A stretch of DNA of 64,000 nt from an uncultured delta proteobacterium (GTDB lineage Bacteria > Desulfobacterota > Binatia > UBA9968), in contig CAWFJP010000009.1 of assembly GCA_963816145.1 (NCBI GenBank), positions 32,001 through 96,000 of the forward strand, written 5' to 3'. A program made the position numbers and the translations under genes. Shown here one piece after another: positions 1 to 10,666 of this stretch; the stretch's first letter is position 1, and every line of letters starts with the position of its first letter. The notes under the pieces were generated by a model. The model ran no database searches, was not told where the DNA came from, and saw nothing but the letters and a program-made list of their open reading frames with translations.

Positions 1-2
1 CA

Positions 3-1658
3 TCGCTGACGGCACGCCCGGCATGGAAGGCGCTCGTTGCCCACCATAAGAACATCCGCAATGTGCATCTCCGTCAGCTTTTTGCCGATGACCCCAAGCG
101 CGGCGAGCGTCTGACGGTTGAGGCCGCGGGCGTCTTTCTCGATTACTCGAAGAACCGCATCACCGACGAAACCCTCAAGCTCCTCGTGAAATTGGCCGAG
201 GAATGCAGCCTAGAGCAACGCATCGACGCCATGTTCAACGGTGAAAAGATCAACATCACGGAAGATCGCGCGGTCTTGCACGTCGCCCTGCGCGCGCCGA
301 CGGGCGCATCGATCATGGTGGACGGCAAGAACGTCGTTCCCGCCGTGCACGAAGTCCTCGACAAAATGGCCGGCTTCGCCAACCGCGTGCGCAGCGGCGA
401 TTGGCAGGGCCACACCGGCAAGCGCATCAGGAACGTGATCAACATCGGCATCGGCGGCTCGGACCTCGGACCGGTGATGGCCTACGAGGCGCTGCGTTAC
501 TACAGCGAGCGCTCGATGACCTTCCGGTTCGTCTCGAACGTCGACGGCATCGATCTGGTCGAAGCGACGCGCGACCTCGACCCGGCGGAGACGCTTTTTA
601 TTGTTTCGTCCAAGACCTTCACGACGCTGGAGACGATGACCAACGCGCAAAGCGCGCGCGACTGGGCGCTCGCAGGGCTCGGCGGCGACGCCAAGGCCGT
701 GGCGAAGCATTTCGTCGCGGTCTCGACGAACGCCGAGAAAGTGTCATCCTTCGGCATTGACACGGCCAACATGTTCGGCTTCTGGGATTGGGTCGGCGGC
801 CGCTACTCGATGGACTCGGCGATCGGCCTTTCGACGATGATCGCCGTCGGCCCGGACAATTTCCACGCCATGCTCGACGGTTTTCATCAGATGGACGAAC
901 ACTTCCGCGCGGCGCCGTTCGAGAAGAACCTGCCGGTGGTGATGGGGCTCTTGTCGCTCTGGTACAGCGATTTCTTCGGCGCGCAGACGGTGGCGGTGCT
1001 GCCCTACGAGAACTACCTGAAACGCTTCCCGGCCTATCTGCAGCAGTTGACCATGGAGAGCAACGGCAAAAGCGTCACTCTGGAGGGCGGCCAGGTCAAG
1101 TACGACACCGGTCCGATCTACTGGGGCGAACCCGGGACCAACGGGCAGCACTCGTTTTATCAGCTGATTCATCAAGGCACGCGGCTGATTCCGTGCGACT
1201 TCATCGCCTTTGCCCGCGCGCTCACGCCGCTGGGCCGGCATCACGACATACTGTCGGCGAATGTGTTTGCCCAGGCCGAAGCGCTCGCCTTCGGCAAGAC
1301 GCCCGAGCAGGTTAAAGCCGAAGGCACCGTCGCGGCACTGGTGCCGCATCGCGCCTTTACTGGCAACCGGCCGTCGAACACAATCCTGGCCGAGCGCCTG
1401 ACGCCTGCAACGCTGGGCAGTCTGGTCGCTCTTTACGAACATAGCGTCTTTACCCAGGGCGTTATCTGGAACATCAACCCCTTCGACCAATGGGGCGTTG
1501 AGCTCGGCAAAGAGCTGGCCCAGCGGATAATACCGGAGATCGAAAGCGAGACAGAACCCAAGCTCGACCATGACAGCTCGACGAACCATTTGATCCGGCG
1601 CTACCGGAAGATGCGCGCAGGCGCATCACGCTCACATCTTTCAGCCATCAACAGGTGA
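3..1658 (+). CDS. pgi: Glucose-6-phosphate isomerase (5'-partial; frame open from window start)
   Basis: Motifs [50 protein letters not shown]; the frame upstream of the GTG at 63 is open. Confidence 0.97.
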   Translation, partial: SLTARPAWKALVAHHKNIRNVHLRQLFADDPKRGERLTVEAAGVFLDYSKNRITDETLKLLVKLAEECSLEQRIDAMFNGEKINITEDRAVLHVALRAPTGASIMVDGKNVVPAVHEVLDKMAGFANRVRSGDWQGHTGKRIRNVINIGIGGSDLGPVMAYEALRYYSERSMTFRFVSNVDGIDLVEATRDLDPAETLFIVSSKTFTTLETMTNAQSARDWALAGLGGDAKAVAKHFVAVSTNAEKVSSFGIDTANMFGFWDWVGGRYSMDSAIGLSTMIAVGPDNFHAMLDGFHQMDEHFRAAPFEKNLPVVMGLLSLWYSDFFGAQTVAVLPYENYLKRFPAYLQQLTMESNGKSVTLEGGQVKYDTGPIYWGEPGTNGQHSFYQLIHQGTRLIPCDFIAFARALTPLGRHHDILSANVFAQAEALAFGKTPEQVKAEGTVAALVPHRAFTGNRPSNTILAERLTPATLGSLVALYEHSVFTQGVIWNINPFDQWGVELGKELAQRIIPEIESETEPKLDHDSSTNHLIRRYRKMRAGASRSHLSAINR

Positions 1659-1688
1659 AGAAGGGCGAGCAAGCAACCTGAAGATCGG

Positions 1689-1748
1689 TTTGAGCGGAGT
1701 GAGCGAAGCGAACGATTGAACGGAGCGCAGCGTTTGAACGGCTGGAAC
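1689..1748. repeat. TTGAAC 9-mer family repeat arm (also 4311-4363 and, inverted, 42859-42900)
   Basis: TTGAACGGAGCGCAGCGTTTGAACGGCTGGAAC resembles the 4311-4363 arm. Confidence 0.65.
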
Positions 1749-1778
1749 AATTTTTTGCGATAGCGAAAGGAGAACAAG

Positions 1779-2795
1779 ATGCAACTCGGCATGATCGGTC
1801 TCGGCAGAATGGGCGCAAATATGGTTCGACGGCTGATCAAAGGAGGCCACCAATGCGTGGTTTTCGACATGTCGCCGAAAGCAGTGCAGGGGTTAGTCGA
1901 GGAGAAAGCCGTTGGTTCGTCCTCACTGGCGGATTTCGTCAAGAAGCTGGCCAAACCGCGGGTGGTCTGGTTGATGGTTCCGGCGGCGGTCACGGACAAG
2001 ACCATCACCGATCTGCTGCCCCACCTTGAAGCGGAGGACATCCTCATCGACGGCGGCAACTCCTGCTACATCGACGACATCCGGCGCGCCAAACAACTGG
2101 CGCCGAAGAAAATCCACTATGTCGACGTTGGCACCAGTGGCGGCATCTGGGGGCTGGAGCGCGGTTACTGCATGATGATCGGCGGCGAAAATGGCGTGGT
2201 TAAACACCTCGATGCGATCTTCGCCACACTGGCTCCCGGCATCGGCGAGATTGAGCGCACAGCGGGCCGCGACAAGGTCGGCGGCACGGCGGAGCAGGGC
2301 TATTTGCACTGCGGCCCCAACGGCGCCGGTCATTTCGTCAAGATGGTGCATAACGGCATCGAGTACGGTCTCATGGCCGCCTATGCCGAGGGGTTCGGTA
2401 TCTTGCGCTCCGCCAACATTGGCAAACAGCAGCATGAGATCGACGCCGAGACCACGCCGTTGCGCGATCCTGAGCATTACCAATATGACTTCAATCTGCG
2501 TGACATCGCAGAATTGTGGCGGCGCGGCAGCGTCGTCGCCTCGTGGCTGCTCGATTTGCAAGCGATCGCCTTGCTGAAAGACCCAACGCTTGCAAACTTC
2601 GGCGGCCGGGTCTCGGATTCCGGCGAAGGGCGCTGGACCATCAAGGCAGCCATCGATGAAGCCGTGCCGGCCCATGTCCTGACGGCGGCGCTCTACGAAC
2701 GCTTCAGCTCCCGCGGCGAGTCTGAATTCGCCGACAAATTGCTCTCGGCGATGCGCTACGAGTTCGGCGGCCATGTCGAAAAGAGCGAGAAATAG
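1779..2795 (+). CDS. gnd: 6-phosphogluconate dehydrogenase, decarboxylating (short YqeC type)
   Basis: [48 protein letters not shown]; AAGGAG RBS. Confidence 0.95.
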   Translation: MQLGMIGLGRMGANMVRRLIKGGHQCVVFDMSPKAVQGLVEEKAVGSSSLADFVKKLAKPRVVWLMVPAAVTDKTITDLLPHLEAEDILIDGGNSCYIDDIRRAKQLAPKKIHYVDVGTSGGIWGLERGYCMMIGGENGVVKHLDAIFATLAPGIGEIERTAGRDKVGGTAEQGYLHCGPNGAGHFVKMVHNGIEYGLMAAYAEGFGILRSANIGKQQHEIDAETTPLRDPEHYQYDFNLRDIAELWRRGSVVASWLLDLQAIALLKDPTLANFGGRVSDSGEGRWTIKAAIDEAVPAHVLTAALYERFSSRGESEFADKLLSAMRYEFGGHVEKSEK

Positions 2796-2805
2796 GGAGG
2801 GAGTC

Positions 2806-4182
2806 ATGGAGACTTCCCACTGCGACGCACTGATCTTTTTCGGCGCCACCGGCGACCTGGCGTATAAGAAAATTTTCCCGTCGCTGCAGGCGATGGTAAA
2901 ACGCGGTCGCCTCAATGTGCCGGTTATCGGCGTTGCCAATGCGGGTTGGAACGTGGAGCAACTCCGGGAGCGCGCCCGGGACGGCATCGAGCATCACGGT
3001 GGAGGAGTCGATAGCGCGGCTTTTGGAAAGTTGTGCGGTTTGCTGCGTTATGTAGACGGCGACTACCAAGACACGGCAACATTTCAAGCGATTCGCAAAG
3101 AGCTTGGCGCGGCGCAGCGGCCGGCGCACTATTTCGCCATCCCGCCGACGCTTTTCGGACTGGTCGTGGAACAACTGGGCAAGGCGAACTGCACCAGCGG
3201 CGCTCGCGTCATCGTTGAAAAACCGTTCGGCCGCGACCTCGCCTCGGCGCAGGCACTTAACCGCATATTGCTCAACACTTTCGCAGAGGCATCGATCTTT
3301 CGCATCGACCATTATCTGGGCAAGCGGCCCGTGCATAACATGGTCTTCTTCCGTTTCGAGAACGCCCTGATGGAGTCGTTCTGGAACCGCAATCACGTCG
3401 AGAGCGTGCAGATCACGATGGCGGAAAACTTCGGGGTGCAGGGCCGCGGCGCGTTCTACGAGCAGGTCGGCACGGTTCGCGACGTGATTCAGAATCACCT
3501 CTTCCAGGTGTTGGCCAATCTCGCGATGGAGCCGCCGGTGCGCACCGACAGCGAATCGATCCGCGACGAGAAGGTGAAGGTCTTGAAGGCGATTCCGCCG
3601 CTGGAGGCGAAGAACTTGGTGCGGGGGCAGTTTCGGGGCTATCGCACGGAAAACGGTGTGGCGCCTGACTCGCAAGTCGAGACCTTTGCGGCGCTAAGTC
3701 TCGAGGTCAATTCCTGGCGCTGGCAGGGGGTGCCGTTTTACATCAGGGCGGGGAAGTCTCTCCCGGTGACATGCACGGAGATCCTCGTCCGTTTGCGCCG
3801 GCCGCCGACGGTCTTTCCGACATGTAACCCGTCGGGTAACTATTTTCGCTTTCGCGTCAGTCCCGACATCACCGGCGCCTTCGGTCTGACGGTGAATGAC
3901 TTGGAGGAGAAGATGGTCGGCCAGCAAATAGAGCTGCTGGCAAGCCGCCACCCTAGTATCGAAGAGGTAGATGCCTACGAACGGGTGCTCGGCGATGCCA
4001 TGGAAGGCGACGCCACCCTTTTCGCCCGAGAGGACTATGTGGAAGAAGCGTGGCGTATCGTCGACCCGGTGTTGAAGGCCGGCACCCCGGTGTTCGAGTA
4101 CGAACCGCAGACATGGGGACCGAAGGAGGTCGAGCAAGTCATGCCGCCAGGAGGTTGGCACAATCCAACGGTGGCGGGGTGA
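2806..4182 (+). CDS. zwf: Glucose-6-phosphate 1-dehydrogenase
   Basis: [33 protein letters not shown]; ATG at 2806 follows a GGGAGG RBS. Confidence 0.96.
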   Translation: METSHCDALIFFGATGDLAYKKIFPSLQAMVKRGRLNVPVIGVANAGWNVEQLRERARDGIEHHGGGVDSAAFGKLCGLLRYVDGDYQDTATFQAIRKELGAAQRPAHYFAIPPTLFGLVVEQLGKANCTSGARVIVEKPFGRDLASAQALNRILLNTFAEASIFRIDHYLGKRPVHNMVFFRFENALMESFWNRNHVESVQITMAENFGVQGRGAFYEQVGTVRDVIQNHLFQVLANLAMEPPVRTDSESIRDEKVKVLKAIPPLEAKNLVRGQFRGYRTENGVAPDSQVETFAALSLEVNSWRWQGVPFYIRAGKSLPVTCTEILVRLRRPPTVFPTCNPSGNYFRFRVSPDITGAFGLTVNDLEEKMVGQQIELLASRHPSIEEVDAYERVLGDAMEGDATLFAREDYVEEAWRIVDPVLKAGTPVFEYEPQTWGPKEVEQVMPPGGWHNPTVAG

Positions 4183-4189
4183 AAGAAAT

Positions 4190-4397
4190 GGAGTGACGGA
4201 GTATTGGAGTACCGGAGACCTTCGTAGTTCAAACAGTTCAAGCTGTTCAAGCCGATCAAACCCCCTCCTGCATCCTCCCCCGCGTCGCGGGGGAGGATAG
4301 AGGTGGGGACTTGAAATGAGCGTAGCGGTTGAACCGAGCAAAGCGATTGAACAGATTGAACGATTTTTAGGCGAGTCGAAAAACCAGTACTCCAGTC
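4190..4397. repeat. Nested palindromic repeats (8-mer, 9-mer and REP-like core)
   Basis: GGAGTATT/CCAGTACTCC outer arms; GTTCAA/TTGAAC 9-mer arms; core hairpin at 4261-4308. Confidence 0.75.
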
Positions 4398-4409
4398 TGC
4401 ACTTAGCCG

Positions 4410-5108
4410 ATGAAGATTGAAATACTCACTGATGCTGACGCGGTGGCCCGGAAGGCCGCTGAGATCATCGCTGCCGAAGCGCGCGCCGCCGTGGCGGCGC
4501 GCGGGCGATTCGTCATCGCGGTTAGCGGTGGCCGTACACCGTGGCTCATGCTGCGGGCGTTGGCAGACGAAGACGTCCCTTGGCAGGCGGTGCACGTGGT
4601 GCAAGTGGACGAGCGCGTCGCGCCGGCAGGCGATCCGGATCGAAACCTGACGCACTTAAATGAAAGCTTACTGGAGCATGCGCCGCTGCGGCGCGAGCAG
4701 CTCTACGCCATGCCGGTGGAAGCGCCGGAACTGGCAAGCGCAGCCGAACGCTATGCCGTGACTCTGCAGAAGATAGCCGGTTCGCCAGCGCTGCTTGACC
4801 TCGTCCACCTCGGCCTCGGCGCGGACGGCCATAGCGCCTCACTCGTGCCCGGAGACCCGGTGCTCAATGTCACAGATGCAGATGTTGCGTTAACCGCTGT
4901 TTATCAAGGACGGCGTCGGATGACCTTGACCTATCCGATCCTTAATCGTTGCCGGCGCATCCTCTGGGTGGTGACAGGAAGCGATAAAGTCGATGCGCTG
5001 GCGCGCCTGTGCGACGCCGATGCGTCGATTCCCGCAGGACGGATTCAGCGGGAAAACGCCGTGATCCTTGCCGATCGCGCGGCGGCGGGAAAACTGGCTG
5101 GGAGCTGA
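4410..5108 (+). CDS. pgl: 6-phosphogluconolactonase
   Basis: SGGRTP, VDERV, LGLGADGHSASL, RMTLT; pentose-phosphate context. Confidence 0.93.
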   Translation: MKIEILTDADAVARKAAEIIAAEARAAVAARGRFVIAVSGGRTPWLMLRALADEDVPWQAVHVVQVDERVAPAGDPDRNLTHLNESLLEHAPLRREQLYAMPVEAPELASAAERYAVTLQKIAGSPALLDLVHLGLGADGHSASLVPGDPVLNVTDADVALTAVYQGRRRMTLTYPILNRCRRILWVVTGSDKVDALARLCDADASIPAGRIQRENAVILADRAAAGKLAGS

Positions 5109-5187
5109 GATGATAGGAAATATTTTTGTGCGAGAGGGGCTATCACCACGAAGGATCTAACGCGGCGAAGACGCAGCCGAAACTTGG

Positions 5188-5333
5188 AATATCTCTCGCA
5201 AAGCCGCAAGGGCGCAAAGGTGACGGGCGCTGCCCGTCATCCCGAGGGAACACGAGAGAGCTAAGATAGATTTCTCCCAAGCGTCGAAATGACAACAAGT
5301 CCGAACTTGGTGCCTTTGCGCCTTGGCGTGAGG
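5188..5333. repeat. ~140-bp composite palindromic element, copy A
   Basis: Reverse complement aligns by eye with 19523-19658. Confidence 0.75.
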
Positions 5334-5380
5334 AATATCGGATTCCGACTGCCTTCCGATTACAGATCAAAGGAGAATAT

Positions 5381-5833
5381 ATGCGAGTTGGCATTGCCAC
5401 GGATCATGGCGGATTTGGTTTGAAGCAAGAGTTTGTCGCGCACCTGCACGCGACGGGGCATGAGGTCATCGATTTCGGCGCCCATAGCCTGAATCCAACG
5501 GACGACTACCCCGATTTCGTCGTGCCGCTGGCGCGCGCGGTCGTCGCGGGAGAGGTGGAGCGCGGCGTGGCGATCTGCGCCAGTGGCGTTGGCGCTTCGG
5601 TGTGCGCCAACAAGGTGCACGGCATCCGAGCCGCGATCATTCACGACCACTTCTCGGCCGTGCAAGGCGTTGAAGACGATGACATGAATATTATTTGCAT
5701 GGGCGGCCGGACGGTTGGGCCGTCTGTCGCTTGGGACCTGGTTCAGGGATTTCTCGGGGCCAAGTTCAGCTGCGCCGAGCGACACTTGCGCCGCCTGGAA
5801 AATGTGGCGTCGCTGGAGGCAGGGAATAATTAG
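5381..5833 (+). CDS. rpiB: Ribose-5-phosphate isomerase B (RpiB/LacA/LacB family)
   Basis: ATDHGGF, DDYPD, ICASGVG, ANKVHGIRA, DDMNIICMGGR, ERHLRR. Confidence 0.93.
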   Translation: MRVGIATDHGGFGLKQEFVAHLHATGHEVIDFGAHSLNPTDDYPDFVVPLARAVVAGEVERGVAICASGVGASVCANKVHGIRAAIIHDHFSAVQGVEDDDMNIICMGGRTVGPSVAWDLVQGFLGAKFSCAERHLRRLENVASLEAGNN

Positions 5834-5908
5834 AATGACGAGTGTCGAGGGACGAGGGGCAAAAGAGGGGCGAGGGAATTTTTAATCTACGGGTTGAGAG
5901 GAGAGGTA

Positions 5909-6775
5909 ATGAAGCGAAGCAAGATTGTTTTTGTAATACTATTGGCAGCTCTGGCTTGGACGGGTCGAGTGACCGGCCAGGAACTCGATGGGACGCTGAA
6001 GAAAATCAAGGCATCGTCCACGTTCAATCTTGGTTATCGAGAATCGGCGCCGCCGTTCTCTTTTCCGGGGCCGGATCGGCGGCCGGTGGGCTATTCAGTC
6101 GAACTCTGCATGCATATCGCGAGCGCGATTCAGAAACAGCTCGGATTGGCCAATCTGAAGCTTAACTGGGTGCCAGTGAGCGCCGAAAACCGCATTGATA
6201 TGGTGGTGCAAGCCAAGATCGATCTCGAATGCGGCACGACCACAGCCACGCTTTCGCGCCAGGAGCGCGTCGACTTTAGCCTGATGACTTTTGTCGACGG
6301 CGGCAGTTTGCTAACCAAGGCCGATATCGACCTGCGCGGCGTTGGCGATCTTGCGGGCAAGCGCATTGCAGTTATTCCCGGCACGACCACTGAGGCGGCG
6401 CTGGTAAAGTTTCTCAAGGCGGAATTCGTGACGGTCGAGACAGTTCGGGTCAAGGATCCTGTAGAGGGAGTGGAGGCCGTCGAGAAAGGCACCGCTCACG
6501 CCTTCGCCTCGGATCGAGGGTTGCTTATCGGGATCGCCGTGACATCCAAGGATCCCAAGCGCTTTGGCTTGGCGAACGTATTGTTCTCGTACGAGCCTTA
6601 TGGCTTTATGCTGCGCCGCAATGATTCCGCGTTCCGATTGGCAGTCAACAGAGCGCTGGCCCAGCTCTATCGTTCGGCAGACGTGGCGGCCATTTACGAC
6701 CGCTGGTTCGGCAGCTTCGGCAAGCCCACGCAGGCGATTCAAGCGATGTACCTGCTCAACGGGCTGCCCGCGTAA
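5909..6775 (+). CDS. Amino-acid ABC substrate-binding protein, family 3 (GltI-like)
   Basis: Signal peptide; GYRESAPPFSF, DLECGTTT, RVDFS, EPYG; ATG after GAGG. Confidence 0.88.
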   Translation: MKRSKIVFVILLAALAWTGRVTGQELDGTLKKIKASSTFNLGYRESAPPFSFPGPDRRPVGYSVELCMHIASAIQKQLGLANLKLNWVPVSAENRIDMVVQAKIDLECGTTTATLSRQERVDFSLMTFVDGGSLLTKADIDLRGVGDLAGKRIAVIPGTTTEAALVKFLKAEFVTVETVRVKDPVEGVEAVEKGTAHAFASDRGLLIGIAVTSKDPKRFGLANVLFSYEPYGFMLRRNDSAFRLAVNRALAQLYRSADVAAIYDRWFGSFGKPTQAIQAMYLLNGLPA

Positions 6776-6866
6776 CGTAGAATTTCTATAACGCGTGAGG
6801 TAGGGTATCGACTCATTGAGAACGTTAGTTTCAATCGTATTCAATCGTAAACTCGCAGAGCTTTAT

Positions 6867-7142
6867 ATGACAATTGCTTTCATCACCGTTCGCCTGCTTG
6901 CCTTGATGCTCGGGGTCGTGTTCGGCTTTAGCGGGCTAGCTGAATCCCATTCTGGAATCGTCGATGGCTACGGCTGCCATCGCGGGTCAGACAAGGCGAG
7001 CTATCATTGCCATAACGGGCAATTTGCCGGCCGCACGTTTAAGTCCAAGGAGGATTTTCTGCGCGAGCTGCGCGGCGGCAAATCGGCACGACTCGCGCCG
7101 AAAAATAACCCGCCTGTTTTTGAGAAGAAAGCCGACGACTAG
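6867..7142 (+). CDS. Small secreted YHYH-like protein
   Basis: Signal peptide followed by HSG..DGYGCH....YHCH. Confidence 0.65.
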   Translation: MTIAFITVRLLALMLGVVFGFSGLAESHSGIVDGYGCHRGSDKASYHCHNGQFAGRTFKSKEDFLRELRGGKSARLAPKNNPPVFEKKADD

Positions 7143-7535
7143 ATTTTGCGCAACAGTTCCGCGCGACTGAATCTGGATTCTCGGGGATTTTTGAGACAGC
7201 TTTGAAGCTTCCTTTGGGTGTCGCAGTGAATGATTGCCGGGTGCCGGGTTGCGTTCCATGACACTACCGCGCTCGGCCATTTTCCTCTGCGCCTTCGCTA
7301 GGGTTGTTTTCGTCAGTGTGGTTTTGGCCACGTTCAGACGAAACCCAGCCCTGACATGAAGCTGATGATTCGCATCTCTCCCGCCGTTTGGGAAAAGCAA
7401 CCCGACTGGCACGGCTGGGACAGGGAAGTAATCATGGATAGCGATGCCAATGTGGCGAGAGATTGTTGCCGCAGGTCGGCGCGGCAAGCTTGCCGAGAAA
7501 ATCATGGGTTTGGTCGCATGTGTCGCAGGTTAGCA

Positions 7536-8378
7536 ATGTTATTCCACAGTCTATTCGGCAAGATTGCCCTTGCACTCTGCATAGGGCTTTGGAGTCTGCC
7601 GGCGCTTGCCCAGTCGCCGTCGCGATCCGGGCTCAATCGCGATTTGCAATCGATCATCGATGCCAAACTACTGCGAGTGGCGGTTACGCGCTTCGATCTG
7701 CCTTCGTTTCATGTGCGCGGGCCCAATGGGGCGCTGCTCGGCCCGGAGATCGACATGGCGCGGCAAATCGGCCGCGCCCTCGGCGTCAAAGTTGAGTTCG
7801 ACGACCATGCGGAATCCTTCGATGCCGTCGTGGACTTCGTAGCGGCAGGACGCGCCGATATCGGCGTCAGTAAATTGTCCCAAACCTACAACCGGCTGAT
7901 GCGTGTGCGCTTTTCCGAACCCTACGTGACGCTGCGCCATGCGATGCTGTTCAGTCGGCTGGCGATCGCTCGCGCCGCCGGCGGCCGCCCCCCGGCTGCG
8001 GTCTTGCAGAAATATCAAGGCCGGCTCGGCGTGATCGCCGGCAGCGCCTATGTGGATTTCGCCCACAGGAATTTTCCCGATGCGAGCGTGGTGGAAACGC
8101 GCAACTGGGATGCGGCGATCGAAAGTTTGCTGAACGGCCAGGTGAACGCCCTCTATCGCGACGAATTCGAGATTCGGCGGGTGCTCAAGATCAAACCGGC
8201 GCTCAACGTTCAGTTGGGCTCGGCGGTGATTATCGACCAGAACGCCCTGCTGTCCGTCGCCATCTGCGACCCTTGCAGCAAACTGCAGGAGTTCATCAAT
8301 TATCACATTGCCATGACCCGCGGCGCCTTCACGCTCCAAGAGCTTCTCAACTCTGAACTGGGGAAACAGGTTCGATGA
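7536..8378 (+). CDS. Family-3 substrate-binding protein (start re-called at ATG 7536)
   Basis: Signal peptide ending ALA-Q; LRVAV, GPEIDMA, ADIGVSKLSQT, VRFSEPY; stop overlaps the next start (ATGA). Confidence 0.8.
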   Translation: MLFHSLFGKIALALCIGLWSLPALAQSPSRSGLNRDLQSIIDAKLLRVAVTRFDLPSFHVRGPNGALLGPEIDMARQIGRALGVKVEFDDHAESFDAVVDFVAAGRADIGVSKLSQTYNRLMRVRFSEPYVTLRHAMLFSRLAIARAAGGRPPAAVLQKYQGRLGVIAGSAYVDFAHRNFPDASVVETRNWDAAIESLLNGQVNALYRDEFEIRRVLKIKPALNVQLGSAVIIDQNALLSVAICDPCSKLQEFINYHIAMTRGAFTLQELLNSELGKQVR

Positions 8379-9697
8379 CGACTGCCACCGCTTCTGGTTC
8401 TGACAACTCGCTAAAGGCGATATCGCGCTCCATCAATCGGCCGTCAATCACGCTTGGCGCAATCGTTCTAGCATTGGTGCTCGGCGCGATGCGGCTGCCG
8501 TTTTTGCAATACCTACGCCCGGTGGGCGATTTCTACATCGCCTTGTTGCAGATTTGCGTCCTGCCGTTTTTGCTCGCCACCATTCCTCTGGCGGTGCGTT
8601 CGGCCATGGCTAGCGGATCGGCGCCCGGCGTGCTTCGATCCCTGTTGTTCTGGGTGTTGATGACGCTGGTCGCGGTGGCTGCCGTATCGACGCTGATTCC
8701 AAGTCTATTTTTTGGCTATGCCGCGCCGGACGAGCAGATGATCACCAAAATCGGCACGTTGCTTGGGCGATCCGTCGACACCATCGATGTCGAATTCGCC
8801 ATCGACGCGCGTCACGCCGCGGAAATCAAAGGTGCCGCGGAGTCCGGCATTCTCGCCCTCATTCCGACCAACATATTCGCCTCGTTGTCCGCCAATGATA
8901 GTGTGCGCGTGTTGGTGTTCGCGGCGATCTTCGGCGTCGGCATGGTGCTGACGGAACGCCAATCCGGTCATTCGATTTTCGACGCTTTGCGCCATATCCA
9001 GGCGGTCTGCGCCCTGATCTTCGACTGGTTTAGCCTGCTGGTGCCGATCGGCATCGTCGCCCTGGTCGCGCCCCAGGTTGCGCGACTCGGATCGGATGCT
9101 TTCACGGCGCTGACGCTTTTCGCCTATCCATTTCTCGCCACCGGTGCGCTGCTGTTGCTGGCGGCGCCGATACTCTGTGCGTTCGCGTTGCGCGCTTCCG
9201 TCGCCGGTGTCTTCGGCTTTTTGCTGAAGCCCCTGATGCTCGCCGCCTCCACCCGCAATTCGCTGATTTGCGTTCCGCTAGCGCTTGAGACGCTGAAGCA
9301 CGACCTGAAGGTGCAAGACGAGCCTTGCGACCTGTACATTCCCATCGGCATTGCAACGATCCGCTTCGGCACCATCCTGTACTTCGTCATCGCCACGCTT
9401 TTTATGGGAATATTGATGGGGCGCCACTTCGCCCCGTTGGATCTGGGTTTGCTGGCGTTTTTCGCAGTGGCAGCATCGTTCGCCACCATCGGCGTCAGCG
9501 GCATTGCCGCGCTGGCACCGCTGGCGATCGTGCTGCGCCCCTTCGGCCTCTCCTATGAAGTCGCGGTGCCGCTCATGATCATCATCGACCCGCTCGCCGA
9601 TATGGTTCGGACCATGCTCAATGTCGGGATCAATTGTATGATCCCGACGCTCGCCGGCCGGCGGGCACCCTTGCCTATGACGCAGTCGTCGCGATAG
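8375..9697 (+). CDS. Dicarboxylate/amino acid:cation symporter (DAACS/SDF family)
   Basis: Multiple TM segments; IPTNIFASL, STRNS hairpin, IDPLADMVRTMLNV. Confidence 0.85.
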   Translation: MTTATASGSDNSLKAISRSINRPSITLGAIVLALVLGAMRLPFLQYLRPVGDFYIALLQICVLPFLLATIPLAVRSAMASGSAPGVLRSLLFWVLMTLVAVAAVSTLIPSLFFGYAAPDEQMITKIGTLLGRSVDTIDVEFAIDARHAAEIKGAAESGILALIPTNIFASLSANDSVRVLVFAAIFGVGMVLTERQSGHSIFDALRHIQAVCALIFDWFSLLVPIGIVALVAPQVARLGSDAFTALTLFAYPFLATGALLLLAAPILCAFALRASVAGVFGFLLKPLMLAASTRNSLICVPLALETLKHDLKVQDEPCDLYIPIGIATIRFGTILYFVIATLFMGILMGRHFAPLDLGLLAFFAVAASFATIGVSGIAALAPLAIVLRPFGLSYEVAVPLMIIIDPLADMVRTMLNVGINCMIPTLAGRRAPLPMTQSSR

Positions 9698-9870
9698 TTG
9701 GTATTGCAATTGATTTAAGTTAAACGGTTGTCCGGTGCTTGTTTTGAAAGCCTCGGGAAATTTCCGAAGATTATAAGATCAGTCCGGACTTGCAGCTTCT
9801 GAACGACGGTGGCACGGTCGAACGCTAGTTTGCGTTCGCGCGAGAAAATTTGAAACGGAGAGAAAATCTT

Positions 9871-10653
9871 ATGTCTGCGCCAACGCCTGAAGAAATCGCC
9901 AAGCAATTTACCGCTCAGTATCAACCGATCGTCGATTTGAACACTGGTGGCGTTGCGGGATTTGAGGCGCTCGCGCGAGTCATTGACCCTGATGGCTCGC
10001 TAGTAACTGCCGGTGCGGTCATCGAGGAGATCGAGCGCGGGTCCGAGACGCTCAAAGCGCTCATCCGGACAATCTTGGCGGCGATCCGGCGTGACATGGT
10101 GCCACTATTCGACCGACATGATCATTTCTATGTCAGCGTCAATATTCCGCCGATCATCTTGGGCAGCGGTCAGGTTCTGCCGATCGTCGAGGAACTGCAG
10201 CTGACACCTTATCACAGTAGGATCGTGTGCGAGGTGACGGAGCGCCAAGCATTAACTTCCGTCGGGCGCTCGGCGTTGGAGGGTGCACGGCAAGCGGGGA
10301 TGAGCGTCGCTATCGATGATTTCGGCACCGGCCACAGCGGCTTGATGCAAATCGTCGGTCTCAACTTCGATATCCTCAAGATCGACCACTCGCTGATTGA
10401 AACCATTCTTACCGACCAAACCGCGGCGAGAATGCTGCGCGGCATTGTCGCCTTGGCTGCCGCGCTGCGTCTGCGCACCGTCGCTGAAGGAGTGGAAAGT
10501 TGGGAGGAAGCGTTTTTTCTTCGCGCCGCCGGTGTCGATTGCGGTCAAGGGTGGTTTTGGAGTAAGGCCGTTTCGGCGACGGACGCTTCCCGGTTGTTGG
10601 AAGAAGGTTATCCGCCGGAGCGGAATCATCGGTCTCCGTTAAAACAATCTTGA
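9871..10653 (+). CDS. Stand-alone EAL c-di-GMP phosphodiesterase
   Basis: YQPIV, FEALAR, SVN, EVTE, DDFGTGHS, KID, AEGVE, QGW. Confidence 0.9.
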   Translation: MSAPTPEEIAKQFTAQYQPIVDLNTGGVAGFEALARVIDPDGSLVTAGAVIEEIERGSETLKALIRTILAAIRRDMVPLFDRHDHFYVSVNIPPIILGSGQVLPIVEELQLTPYHSRIVCEVTERQALTSVGRSALEGARQAGMSVAIDDFGTGHSGLMQIVGLNFDILKIDHSLIETILTDQTAARMLRGIVALAAALRLRTVAEGVESWEEAFFLRAAGVDCGQGWFWSKAVSATDASRLLEEGYPPERNHRSPLKQS

Positions 10654-10666
10654 AAGGATTTGCGCC

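Noticed and set aside
6987-7505. 172-aa minus-strand ORF in the YHYH-SBP gap
   Set aside because: Overlaps the YHYH gene, has no motifs and has atypical composition.
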